In this document: piece by piece, positions 8,942 through 16,907 of the stretch
Numbering within the stretch: the first letter of the stretch is position 1
Layout of the letters: each line of letters begins with the position of its first letter
NCBI GenBank assembly: GCA_963779685.1
Contig: CAVZZG010000003.1
Location: 1,025,673-1,089,672 of the forward strand
From: an uncultured Actinomycetes bacterium
Lineage (GTDB): Bacteria > Actinomycetota > Thermoleophilia > Gaiellales > F1-60-MAGs149
Reading direction: 5' to 3'
Length of the DNA: 64,000 nucleotides
The notes under the pieces: generated by a model
What the model was told of the DNA's origin: nothing
Database searches by the model: none
The model's input: the letters and a program-made list of their open reading frames with translations, nothing else
Program-made: the position numbers and the translations under genes

Positions 8942-9208
8942 TCAGAGAACTTCCGCGCCGAGGCGGTCGCGGATCAGCGGCAGGACGTCCTCGGGGTCCG
9001 GGTAGCGCCCGAGCATCTTCTTGGTGAAGACCAGCTCACCGTCGATGTGGACGTCGAAGATGCCGCCGGTGCCCGGAACCACCTCGAGCCGCTCGAGCAC
9101 CGGGCCCCACCCGGCGAGGATGCGCGCGACCAGACCGGCCGCGTTCGGGGCCGCCCCTCAGGGGACGCAGTATTCGATCCTGATGGAGTACGTCGGATTG
9201 AGTACCAC
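8942..9208 (-). CDS. Rdx family (SelW/SelT-like) selenoprotein, 88 aa, with Sec encoded by in-frame TGA at 9158-9160
   Basis: Not in the ORF track. From GTG 9208: MVLNPTYSIRIEYCVP-U-GAAPNAAGLVARILAGWGPVLERLEVVPGTGGIFDVHIDGELVFTKKMLGRYPDPEDVLPLIRDRLGAEVL, with stop TGA at 8942-8944. The TGA sits at the second position of the family CxxC/CxxU motif. G/C third-position bias continues on both sides, and a SECIS-like hairpin lies 14 nt downstream. Confidence 0.8.
9125..9143 (-). promoter_or_regulatory. Putative bacterial SECIS hairpin (Sec recoding signal)
   Basis: Minus-strand RNA is CGCGGCC-GGUCU-GGUCGCG: a 7-bp stem (one G-U pair) and a 5-nt loop, starting 14 nt after the UGA. The apical GGUCUG is identical to the apex of the E. 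coli fdhF SECIS as I recall it. Confidence 0.6.
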
Positions 9209-9229
9209 GGCGCGAAGCGTAGACGCTGC

Positions 9230-9257
9230 GGGCGGAGCCGGTCACCCGGCCCCGCCC
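9230..9257 (-). terminator. GC-rich hairpin downstream of the giant repeat-protein gene (terminator-like, no U tract)
   Basis: GGGCGGAGCCGG-TCAC-CCGGCCCCGCCC has 12-nt arms. The single mismatch is A-C on the plus strand but G-U on the minus-strand RNA. It starts 18 nt after the stop at 9275. Confidence 0.35.
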
Positions 9258-9274
9258 GATGCGCTGACTTCAGA

Positions 9275-12200
9275 TCACGAGGGCTGCGTCTTCGGCGCGG
9301 CGGCCGAGATGGCGTCGGTCGAGCCGGCCGCGTTGGCGGCGGTGACGACGCAGCGCAGGTAGAGGTCGATGTCGCCGGCGACGGCGTGGTACGAAGCTGA
9401 CGTCGCACCGACGATCGGCCCTGGCATGTTCCCCTGCGGCCCTGCTCCCGCGCCGGCGAGGCAACTCGAGAACGCGGTGTTGTTGAGACAGCGATACCAC
9501 TGGTAGGAGTAGGTGGTCGGGGTGTTCGACCAGGTGCCGTTGGTGATGCTGCCCGTGGTGCCCGCCGTGCCGGAGCGCGGCTTCCAGGTGGACGGCGAGA
9601 ACACCGGCAGCGTCAGGTTGACCGGCGGCGTGCCGCCGCCGCCTGCGGTCACCGTCCACGAGGCCGTCTGGCTCGCGGAGCCGCCGGTGTTCGTGACCGT
9701 GACGACGAAGGTGTGCGCGCCGACCGCGACGCCGGAGAGGTTCACCGGCGTGGTGCACGGGGTGTAGGCCACGCCGTCGTAGGTGCAGGTGGTGGACGAG
9801 ATGGTGCCGGTGGTCGTCCACGCGATCGTGGCCGTGGTTGCCGTCGTGGTCGGCGTCGGGGCCTGGCTGAGCGAGATCGTGGGCGGACTCACGGCCGCTG
9901 CCACCGACCAGGTGTAGCTCGCCGTCGCCGAGCCGCCCGAGTTCGCGACCGTGACCGAGAACGTGTGGGAACCGACCGCGAGGCTGGAGTAGCTCTGGCC
10001 GGAGGCGCAGGCCACGCCCGGAGCGGCGTCGAGCGAGCAGGTCGTGCTCGTCGGGGCGCCGCCGCCCGTCGTCCAGGCGAAGGTCGCCGTCGGCGGGGCA
10101 TTGGTGGCGACCGGCGTCGAGGTCAGGGTGACCGTCGGGGCGACCGCGACGACCGTCCAGGCAGCCGTGGCGGTGCCCGAGCCGGTGGCGTTGGTCGCCG
10201 TGATGACGTAGGTGTGGGCTCCCAGTGCGAGCCCGCTGAGGGACGCCGGGGAGGTGCATGCCACCGCGGTGCCGGCGTCGAGCTTGCAGGTGGTCGAGGT
10301 CGGGCTGTTGGTGGCCGTCCAGGCGATGGAGGCCGTGGTCGCGGTCACCGACCCGGTCGGGGCGCTGGTGATCGTGACGACCGGCGCCGGTGCCTGCACC
10401 GTCCACGGGGTCGTCGTGGCCGTGCCCGTGCCGGCGATGTTGGTGGCGGAGACCGTCACCGAGTGCGAGCCGACCGAGAGACCCGACACGCTGTACGGGC
10501 TGGTGCAGGCCGTGGCCGTGCCGCCGTCGAGCGAGCAGGTGACCGTGGTCGGGCTGTTGGTGGTGGTGAAGGCGACGGCGCCCGAGGTCGCGGTGCCCGT
10601 GGCGGGCTGCGACGTGATGGTGACGGTCGGGGTGCCGACGATCGTCCAGGCGGCCGTGGCCGAGCCGGTGCCGGTGGCGTTGGTGGCGGCGACGACCACC
10701 GTGTGGGCGCCGACGGCGAGGGCCGAGTAGGCCTTCGGCGAGGTGCACGCCGTCGCCGCGCCACCGTCGATCGCGCAGGTGGTGGAGGTCGGGCTGTTGG
10801 TGGCAGTCCAGGCGATGGAGGCGCTGGTCGTGGCCACGGAGCCCGACGGCGCCGAGGTGATCGTCACGACCGGGGCCCCGACCGCGGGCGGCTGCACCGT
10901 CCATGCGGTGGTGGTGGCCGAGCCGGTGCCCGCGATGTTGGTCGCGGCGACCGTGACCGAGTGCGAGCCGACGGAGAGCGACGACATACTGTACGGGCTG
11001 GTGCAGGCCGTGGCCGTGCCGCCGTCGAGCGAGCAGGTGACCGTGGTCGGGCTGTTCGTGGCCGTGAAGGCCACGGCGCCGGAGGTCGAGGTTCCGGTCG
11101 ACGGCTGCGAGGTGATGGTGACGACGGGAGCCGCGATGATCGTCCAGGCGGCGGTGGCCGAGCCGGAGCCGCCCGCGTTGGTGGCCGTCACGACCACCGA
11201 GTGGGAGCCCGCGGACAGGCTCGAGTACGCCTGCGGCGAGGTGCATGCCGTCGCGCTGCCGCCATCCAGGGCGCAGGTCGTCGAGGTCGGGCTGTTCGTC
11301 GCCGTCCAGGCGATGGAGGCGGTGGTCGCAGCCACCGTGCCCGTCGGCGCGCTGGTGATGGTGACGACCGGGGGCTGCGGCAGCACCGACCACGCGGTGG
11401 TCGAGGCCGAGCCGGTGCCACCGGAGTTCGACGCCGTCACGGTGACGGAGTGCGAGCCCACCGAGAGCGCCGACATGCTGTACGGGCTGGTGCACGCGGT
11501 GGCGGTGCCACCGTCGAGCGAGCAGGTCACGGTGGTCGGGCTGTTGGTCGCGGAGAACGCGACCGCGCCCGACGTGGACAGGCCGGTGGACGGCTGCGAG
11601 GTGATGGTGACGACCGGTGCCTGCACCGGTGCGACGACCGTCCAGGTGTAGGGCGTGACGGCTGCCAGGTCAGTCGTGTTCGAAACGTAGAGGCCGAACA
11701 CGTGCGGGGCCTGGGCGAGCCCGGAATAGGACTTCGTGTACGTACCGGCGGTGCCGCCGGGGGTCGCCGAGCAGGCCGCGTAGGCCGCGCCGTCGATCGA
11801 GCACATGATGTTCGTGGCCTCACCGACGATCGTGAACCCGAACGAGGCCGAGGTGGCCGTCGTGGTCGCACCCGGCGTCGAGGTCAGCTGGACGGTCACG
11901 GGATCGGTGATGGTCCACGCCAGGTCGGCGGGCGCCGACCAGCCGCGCACGTTCATGACCGCGACCCGGAAGATGTGCGATCCGGGATTCAGCGCGTTGG
12001 CGGTGTACGGCGGCGCGGTGCAGGGAACGTCGGTCGAGTCGAGGTAGCAGACGGTGTCGGTGCCGGGGACGTCGGTCGACCAGTCGAAGATGGCGGTGCG
12101 AGCGGTGGTCGTCGCAGGCGGAGCGGCGATGTAGGTCACGGTCGGCTTGACGGCCGCGACGGCCTTCACCAGCAGCACGATGTGATCGGCGATCCGGTTG

Positions 12201-13057
12201 GCGCCGCTGGTGTGGCTGTCGACGATGACGGTGTCGTCGCGGCCGATGGTGCCGAGGGCGGCCGTCGAGCCGACGACGAAGTCGACCGGGTTGCTCCCGA
12301 CCTGGCGTACCGAGATGTGCTGACCGCTGGCGGCGGTGACGACGCCCTGCACCTCGGACTTCTTGGAGTTGGCGAACTTGTCGCGGCCGGCCAGGAGGGC
12401 CCAGCGGACGGTCGTGAAGCTCGCGCTCGCGCCCGAGCCGCTGAGCGTGCTGTCGACCAGCACCGAGTCGCCGATCGCGACGGTCGAGAAGTCGACACCG
12501 CCGGGATCGACGCCGAGGTTGATGCCACCGGGGAGCCGAAGTGCGATACCGCTGCCACCGGCGGCCGAAACCACGCCGGCGATGCGGACGCTGCGCACGT
12601 TGGGGAGCGCGGTGGTGGTGACCATGGAGAGCTTCGTGGTGCTCACGGCGGCCAGGACGAGCTGCGTCGTACCGAGCACCGATGGCCGCGCGCCCAGCAC
12701 GCCGACGGCCGCGCCGCCGCTCGCGAGCACCTCGATGCCGCGATCGACCCCGATGACGGTGCCGCGCACCTTGACTCGCTTGACCCGGGTCGAGAAGGTC
12801 GCCTTGGTGGCGACGAAGACGCCGATGGCGTTCCAGGAGCCGGACACCTTGATGCGACGGCCGAAGACCTTGCCGGGCCGCTTCGCGAGGCGAACCCGCG
12901 CGAGCGTGCCGTTGGAGCGGGCGACCACGGCCGTGGTGGAGGACGGCTGCGCCACGACGACACCGACCACGGCGCTGGCCGACGAATGGGCGGGCACGGC
13001 AAGACCGAGCGACGCCACCGCCATCAAGCCCAATGCACGCAATCGAATTCGTCGCAC
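9275..13057 (-). CDS. Giant secreted repeat protein (about 1260 aa): N-terminal beta-domains, about 10 Cys-pair Ig-like repeats, C-terminal W-x-R-C module
   Basis: Track ORF 9275..13177. The likely start is GTG 13057 (VRRIRLRALGLMAVASLGLAVPAHSSASA, a signal peptide). Repeat consensus: VVTITS.P......A.IAWTATNSPT..TC.LDGG.A.ACTSP..YS.L..GSH.V.V.ATN..G.GSA. The tail has YSYQWYRC....C....IVGATSASY....GDIDLYLRCVVTAANAAGS. Confidence 0.85.
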   Translation of the reverse strand: MRRIRLRALGLMAVASLGLAVPAHSSASAVVGVVVAQPSSTTAVVARSNGTLARVRLAKRPGKVFGRRIKVSGSWNAIGVFVATKATFSTRVKRVKVRGTVIGVDRGIEVLASGGAAVGVLGARPSVLGTTQLVLAAVSTTKLSMVTTTALPNVRSVRIAGVVSAAGGSGIALRLPGGINLGVDPGGVDFSTVAIGDSVLVDSTLSGSGASASFTTVRWALLAGRDKFANSKKSEVQGVVTAASGQHISVRQVGSNPVDFVVGSTAALGTIGRDDTVIVDSHTSGANRIADHIVLLVKAVAAVKPTVTYIAAPPATTTARTAIFDWSTDVPGTDTVCYLDSTDVPCTAPPYTANALNPGSHIFRVAVMNVRGWSAPADLAWTITDPVTVQLTSTPGATTTATSASFGFTIVGEATNIMCSIDGAAYAACSATPGGTAGTYTKSYSGLAQAPHVFGLYVSNTTDLAAVTPYTWTVVAPVQAPVVTITSQPSTGLSTSGAVAFSATNSPTTVTCSLDGGTATACTSPYSMSALSVGSHSVTVTASNSGGTGSASTTAWSVLPQPPVVTITSAPTGTVAATTASIAWTATNSPTSTTCALDGGSATACTSPQAYSSLSAGSHSVVVTATNAGGSGSATAAWTIIAAPVVTITSQPSTGTSTSGAVAFTATNSPTTVTCSLDGGTATACTSPYSMSSLSVGSHSVTVAATNIAGTGSATTTAWTVQPPAVGAPVVTITSAPSGSVATTSASIAWTATNSPTSTTCAIDGGAATACTSPKAYSALAVGAHTVVVAATNATGTGSATAAWTIVGTPTVTITSQPATGTATSGAVAFTTTNSPTTVTCSLDGGTATACTSPYSVSGLSVGSHSVTVSATNIAGTGTATTTPWTVQAPAPVVTITSAPTGSVTATTASIAWTATNSPTSTTCKLDAGTAVACTSPASLSGLALGAHTYVITATNATGSGTATAAWTVVAVAPTVTLTSTPVATNAPPTATFAWTTGGGAPTSTTCSLDAAPGVACASGQSYSSLAVGSHTFSVTVANSGGSATASYTWSVAAAVSPPTISLSQAPTPTTTATTATIAWTTTGTISSTTCTYDGVAYTPCTTPVNLSGVAVGAHTFVVTVTNTGGSASQTASWTVTAGGGGTPPVNLTLPVFSPSTWKPRSGTAGTTGSITNGTWSNTPTTYSYQWYRCLNNTAFSSCLAGAGAGPQGNMPGPIVGATSASYHAVAGDIDLYLRCVVTAANAAGSTDAISAAAPKTQPS
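10136..11617 (-). repeat. Three tandem copies of a two-domain (A-B) coding repeat with 489/498-bp period
   Basis: An exact 68-nt direct repeat lies at 10491-10558 and 10989-11056 (ctgtacgggctggtgcaggccgtggccgtgccgccgtcgagcgagcaggtgaccgtggtcgggctgtt). A near-copy lies at about 11478. Protein repeats A1/A2/A3 begin at aa 521/684/850 of the track ORF. Confidence 0.9.
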
Positions 13058-13313
13058 CGTCGCATTCCCCCTGTTTGCCGATCCGGTCTGGCCCACGTCG
13101 GTCGCGATCCGTCCAATGGGCGAAACCGCAGACCTGGTCTGCCGGTTCTGATTGAGCAATCGGACGTCCACGTTCAACGCAACACCCCCATGACGGGTAG
13201 TCGCTGGCCTCGTTTCATCAGGTTCACTCAGCCTCGGCCCCTACGGCGATCCCCCGGACGGGGGGATCACGGCCGCGGCACGGTGCCCGCCCGGCCGTCG
13301 ATAATTCCGCTCC

Positions 13314-13706
13314 ATGACGACCGAAACCCCCTCCTCGTCCGCCTTCGCGGTCGAGACGAACGGAATCAACACCATCACGCCGCTCGAGCGCCGAGGTGCG
13401 CCGCGCGACCTGTTCTGGCCGTGGTGCGCCGCGAACATCGCGGTGCTCGGCATCTCCTACGGCTCGGTCAACGCCGTCGCCGTCGGCCTGATGGTGGTCG
13501 GCGCCGTGGTCGGCTGGGGGCTCGTGACCAACTCGTTCGCGAGCTGGCTGTCGTGGCAGGGCTACCTGCTCGAGCCGTTCGGGCTCGGCGGCAAGGACGG
13601 GGCGTGGGCCTACGCCAACCTGGGCGTGCTGGCCGCCCTCGCCATCGGCTTCGCCGGCTACCTCCTGCTGGGTGCCCGGCACGTGCGGGCGCAGGTCACG
13701 GTCTAG
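13314..13706 (+). pseudogene. Remnant of an NCS1 purine/cytosine permease (in-frame internal deletion, 130 aa left)
   Basis: The N-terminus VETNGINTITPLERRGAPRDLFWPWCAANIAVLGISYG and the C-terminus SWLSWQGYLLEPFGLGGKDGAWAYANLGVLAALAIGFAGYLLLGARHVRAQ resemble the two ends of 450-500-aa cytosine/purine permeases. The middle transmembrane helices are absent. Confidence 0.6.
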
Positions 13707-14476
13707 GCCGGGTCGGGCGTCTTTTCGGCGACGAACGCGAACTTGCGGACCCGGCCTTCCCGCAACCAGTCGCTCCAGAGCCGGTGGGCTGCCAGCAGCT
13801 CGTCCAGCGCCCGGCGCCCGATCTGCGCGGTGATGTCCGTCGCATCGGCGGTGAACGCGTCGATCAGCGAATCCGCCATGGCCTGGTGCGACCGGCTGCA
13901 GTCGTCCTGCCGGCGAACCACCAGTCCGGCCCCTTTCAGGCACGCGAGCATCTCGGGAAGCGGCGTGAGCCAGACGGTGTCGGCATCGGGCATGATCCGA
14001 CGCTCTGCCTCGGTGAGAGGCAGACCCTCCTCCATGGTGAACGCGAAGCGACCGCCCGTCCCGAGTGCTCGGGATACCTCCTGCAGCAGCGTCTCCTTGT
14101 CGGAGAACGCGAGCATGGTCTCGAGCAGGAGCACGACGTCGAACGGGCCCGGCGGGACCGGCGGGATCGTCGAGTGCTCGAAGCGACAGGGAAGGTCGCC
14201 GGCGCTGGCACGTGCGATGCGAATGGCGCTGGAGCTGGCGTCCACCCCGAGGTAGGTGCACCGCAGCTCCCGGGTGATGAGCCGCCCGGGCCCGGCGATG
14301 CCGCAGCACAGGTCGAGCACGGAGACCCCGGGGCCGATGCCGGCCAGGCCCGCCAGTCGCCGGATCTCCCCCGCGCGCATGAAGCTCTCCTGCTCGACGA
14401 ACTCGCCGGGGGCGTACGCCGATTCCCGCGCTCGCCGGAGGGCCTGGACGAACGGGCCGCGCTCGTCCTGCTTCAT
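13703..14476 (-). CDS. Class I SAM-dependent methyltransferase
   Basis: Contains VLDLCCGIAGPGR (motif I), YLGVDAS and GGRFAFT. Starts at ATG 14476 (or GTG 14485). Its stop overlaps the stop of 13314..13706 (CTAG). Confidence 0.85.
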   Translation of the reverse strand: MKQDERGPFVQALRRARESAYAPGEFVEQESFMRAGEIRRLAGLAGIGPGVSVLDLCCGIAGPGRLITRELRCTYLGVDASSSAIRIARASAGDLPCRFEHSTIPPVPPGPFDVVLLLETMLAFSDKETLLQEVSRALGTGGRFAFTMEEGLPLTEAERRIMPDADTVWLTPLPEMLACLKGAGLVVRRQDDCSRSHQAMADSLIDAFTADATDITAQIGRRALDELLAAHRLWSDWLREGRVRKFAFVAEKTPDPA

Positions 14477-14550
14477 ACGCCCCACCCGCGAATGAACCCG
14501 ACCGCGGTGGTTCCCGTACTCCCCCGCGTACCCACGACCACGGAGGCGAG

Positions 14551-16902
14551 GTGCGAGCAGTCCAGGCCGGCCCGGTGACCGGGCTGATCGCGCAGGTGCT
14601 GCTGCTCGCCGCGCTCGCCGCGACCGTCGGTCTCGGCGCTGCCGGCTGGGTCGTGGGCGTCACCTGCGGCGTGATCGGCGACGCCGTCCTGGCGCGCGGC
14701 ATCGCGCGTCACCGCCCCGACCGGCTGGGCCCGGCCGCGTGGGTGACGCTTGCCCGCTTCACGCTCGCGGTCGGCGTGGCGGCACTGGTCGCCGACTCGT
14801 TCGCCGAGCCTGCGCCGGTCACGACGCTGGTCGCGCTCACCGTCGTCGCCCTCGCGCTCGACGCGGTCGACGGACGGGTCGCGCGACGCACGGGCACGAC
14901 GTCGGCGCTGGGTGCGCACTTCGACGGCGAGGTCGACGCGTTCCTGATCCTGGCCCTCAGCGTGTACGTCGCCCCCTCGACCGGCACCTGGGTGCTCGCG
15001 ATCGGCGCGGCCCGCTACGCCTTCCTCGCGGCCGGCTGGCTGCTGCCGTGGATGCGCCGGCCGCTGCCGCCGCGCCACTGGCGCAAGGTGGTCGCCGCGA
15101 CGCAGGGCATCGTGCTGACGATCGCGGCGGCAGCGGTCCTGCCGCCGGCCCTGACCCGGGCCGCGCTGGCCGGCGCGCTCGCCCTGCTGGCCGAGTCGTT
15201 CGGCCGCGACGTGTGGTGGCTGTGGAGCCACCGGCACGCGACGCAGCATCCGGCGGCCGCGGCGCAGGATGCCGTCGGGCCGGGGCGCGGCCGCGTGCGA
15301 ACGGGCGTCGCGGCGGTGCTGACGATCCTCGCCCTCGTGCTCGTGTGGGTCGCCCTCGTCGCGCCGAATCAGCCGGGCCGGCTGACGCCCGGCGCATTCG
15401 CGAGGCTCCCGCTCGAGGGCGTCGTCGTCATCGCGCTGGCTCTCGTCCTGCCGGCCACCACGCGCCGCCTCATGGCATCGGTCGTCGGACCGGTCCTCGG
15501 CCTGCTGGTGCTGCTGAAGATCCTCGACATCGGGTTCTTCACGGCCTTCGACCGGCCGTTCAACCCGGTCGACGACTGGAGCTACGCCGGCATCGGCGTC
15601 GAGACGCTGCGCGACTCGATCGGCCGGACCGACGCGAACCTGGCCGTCGTCGTCGCGGCGATGCTCGGCGTGGCCGTGGTCGCCCTCACCACCCTGGCGG
15701 TGCTTCGCCTGACCCGGGTCGCAGCCGGACATCGCCGGTGGTCGCTCCAGGCGGTCGCGGCGCTCGGCACGCTGTGGGTGGTCTGCTGGGTGCTCGGCGC
15801 CCCCGTCGTCTCGTCGAGCGCCGCCGGCCTGGCCGTGCACGAGGTCCGCGCGGTGCAGGCCGGTCTCGAAGGCCAGGCGGTCTTCGCCCACGAGATCGCC
15901 CACGACGGCTTCCGCTACCAGACCGGCGACCAGCTGCTGACCGGCCTGCGCGGCAAGGACGTCCTGCTCGTGTTCGTCGAGAGCTACGGCAGGGTCGCGA
16001 CCCAGGACTCCTCGTTCTCGCCACGGGTCGATGCCGTGCTCGACCGCGGGACCGAGCAGCTCCAGGCCGCCGGCTTCTCCGCCCGGAGCGCCTTCCTCAC
16101 CTCCCCCACCTTCGGCGGCATCAGCTGGCTGGCGCACTCCACCCTGCAGTCGGGGGTCTGGGTCGACAGCCCGCGGCGCTACGACCAGCTCGTCGCGAGC
16201 GACCGCTTCACGCTCAGCCAGGCATTCAGACGGGCCGGGTGGCGGACGGTCGACGACGTGCCGTCGGATAACCGGGACTGGGCGCAGGGGTCGTCGTTCT
16301 ACCACTTCGACAAGGTCTACGACCGGCGCGGCGTCGGGTATCGCGGCCCGGCCTTCGCGTACGCGTCCATGCCCGACCAGTACGTCCTCGCGGCCCTGCA
16401 ACGCCTCGAGCTGGCGAAGCCCGGCCGGCGTCCGGTCTTCGCGGAGGTCGATCTGGTGTCGAGCCACGAGCCGTGGACCCGCATCCCGCAGCTGATCGAC
16501 TGGAGCGCCGTCGGCGACGGCTCGGTCTTCAGGGGCATGCCGGTCGACCAGGTGACGCGGACCGCGCTCTTCAGCGACCCCGGGCGCGTGCGCGCGGCGT
16601 ACGGCCAGTCCATCGAGTACACCCTGAACACGCTGTTCTCGTTCGTGCAGCACTACGGCGACGACAACCTGGTGCTCGTCGTCCTGGGCGACCATCAGCC
16701 CGCGACGATCGTCACCGGGCAGGATGCGAGTCACGACGTGCCGATCTCGGTCATCGCCCACGACCCGGCGGTGCTGGACAGGATCGCCGGATGGGGCTGG
16801 CAGGCGGGCATGAGGCCCGGCCCGCAGGCGCCCGTCTGGCCGATGAACGCGTTTCGCGACCGCTTCCTGAGCGCGTTCGGCTCGCACCCGGCAACGCCGT
16901 AA
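14551..16902 (+). CDS. Fusion: CDP-alcohol phosphatidyltransferase (N-terminal, polytopic) plus sulfatase/LTA-synthase-like alkaline-phosphatase-superfamily domain (C-terminal)
   Basis: 783 aa. The N-terminal part has ALDAVDGRVARRTGTTSALGAHFDGEVDAFLILAL, matching the signature D-G-x2-A-R-x8-G-x3-D-x3-D. More TM helices follow. The C-terminal part has GKDVLLVFVESYG, TSPTFGGISWLAHSTLQSG, MPDQY, DLVSSHEPW and VLGDHQP. Confidence 0.8.
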   Translation: MRAVQAGPVTGLIAQVLLLAALAATVGLGAAGWVVGVTCGVIGDAVLARGIARHRPDRLGPAAWVTLARFTLAVGVAALVADSFAEPAPVTTLVALTVVALALDAVDGRVARRTGTTSALGAHFDGEVDAFLILALSVYVAPSTGTWVLAIGAARYAFLAAGWLLPWMRRPLPPRHWRKVVAATQGIVLTIAAAAVLPPALTRAALAGALALLAESFGRDVWWLWSHRHATQHPAAAAQDAVGPGRGRVRTGVAAVLTILALVLVWVALVAPNQPGRLTPGAFARLPLEGVVVIALALVLPATTRRLMASVVGPVLGLLVLLKILDIGFFTAFDRPFNPVDDWSYAGIGVETLRDSIGRTDANLAVVVAAMLGVAVVALTTLAVLRLTRVAAGHRRWSLQAVAALGTLWVVCWVLGAPVVSSSAAGLAVHEVRAVQAGLEGQAVFAHEIAHDGFRYQTGDQLLTGLRGKDVLLVFVESYGRVATQDSSFSPRVDAVLDRGTEQLQAAGFSARSAFLTSPTFGGISWLAHSTLQSGVWVDSPRRYDQLVASDRFTLSQAFRRAGWRTVDDVPSDNRDWAQGSSFYHFDKVYDRRGVGYRGPAFAYASMPDQYVLAALQRLELAKPGRRPVFAEVDLVSSHEPWTRIPQLIDWSAVGDGSVFRGMPVDQVTRTALFSDPGRVRAAYGQSIEYTLNTLFSFVQHYGDDNLVLVVLGDHQPATIVTGQDASHDVPISVIAHDPAVLDRIAGWGWQAGMRPGPQAPVWPMNAFRDRFLSAFGSHPATP

Positions 16903-16907
16903 CCCGG

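Noticed and set aside
9158-9160. The TGA was considered as an ordinary nonsense codon, making 8942..9157 a dead fragment of a Cys-type Rdx gene.
   Set aside because: The codon sits exactly at the CxxC/CxxU second position. Sixteen in-frame upstream codons supply beta1 and the first Cys from a GTG start. Codon bias is maintained downstream, and a SECIS-like hairpin follows at the right distance. This cannot be fully excluded without knowing whether the genome has selABCD.
10136-11617. The regular repeat array was considered as a possible CRISPR or other non-coding repeat.
   Set aside because: The repeat unit is about 490 bp with no short-repeat/spacer alternation. The whole array lies in one open reading frame encoding Ig-like domains, and no cas genes are nearby.
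9713-14578. A 1621-aa plus-strand ORF, together with other long ORFs at 9270..11495 (-), 10743..11651 (+) and 12336..13151 (+), overlaps the giant repeat-protein gene.
   Set aside because: The translations are R/G/D/A/P-rich low-complexity strings with no motifs. They are antisense or alternative-frame shadows of a real gene in very GC-rich DNA, where stop codons are rare. The minus-strand frame 9275..13057 has a signal peptide and ordered domain repeats.
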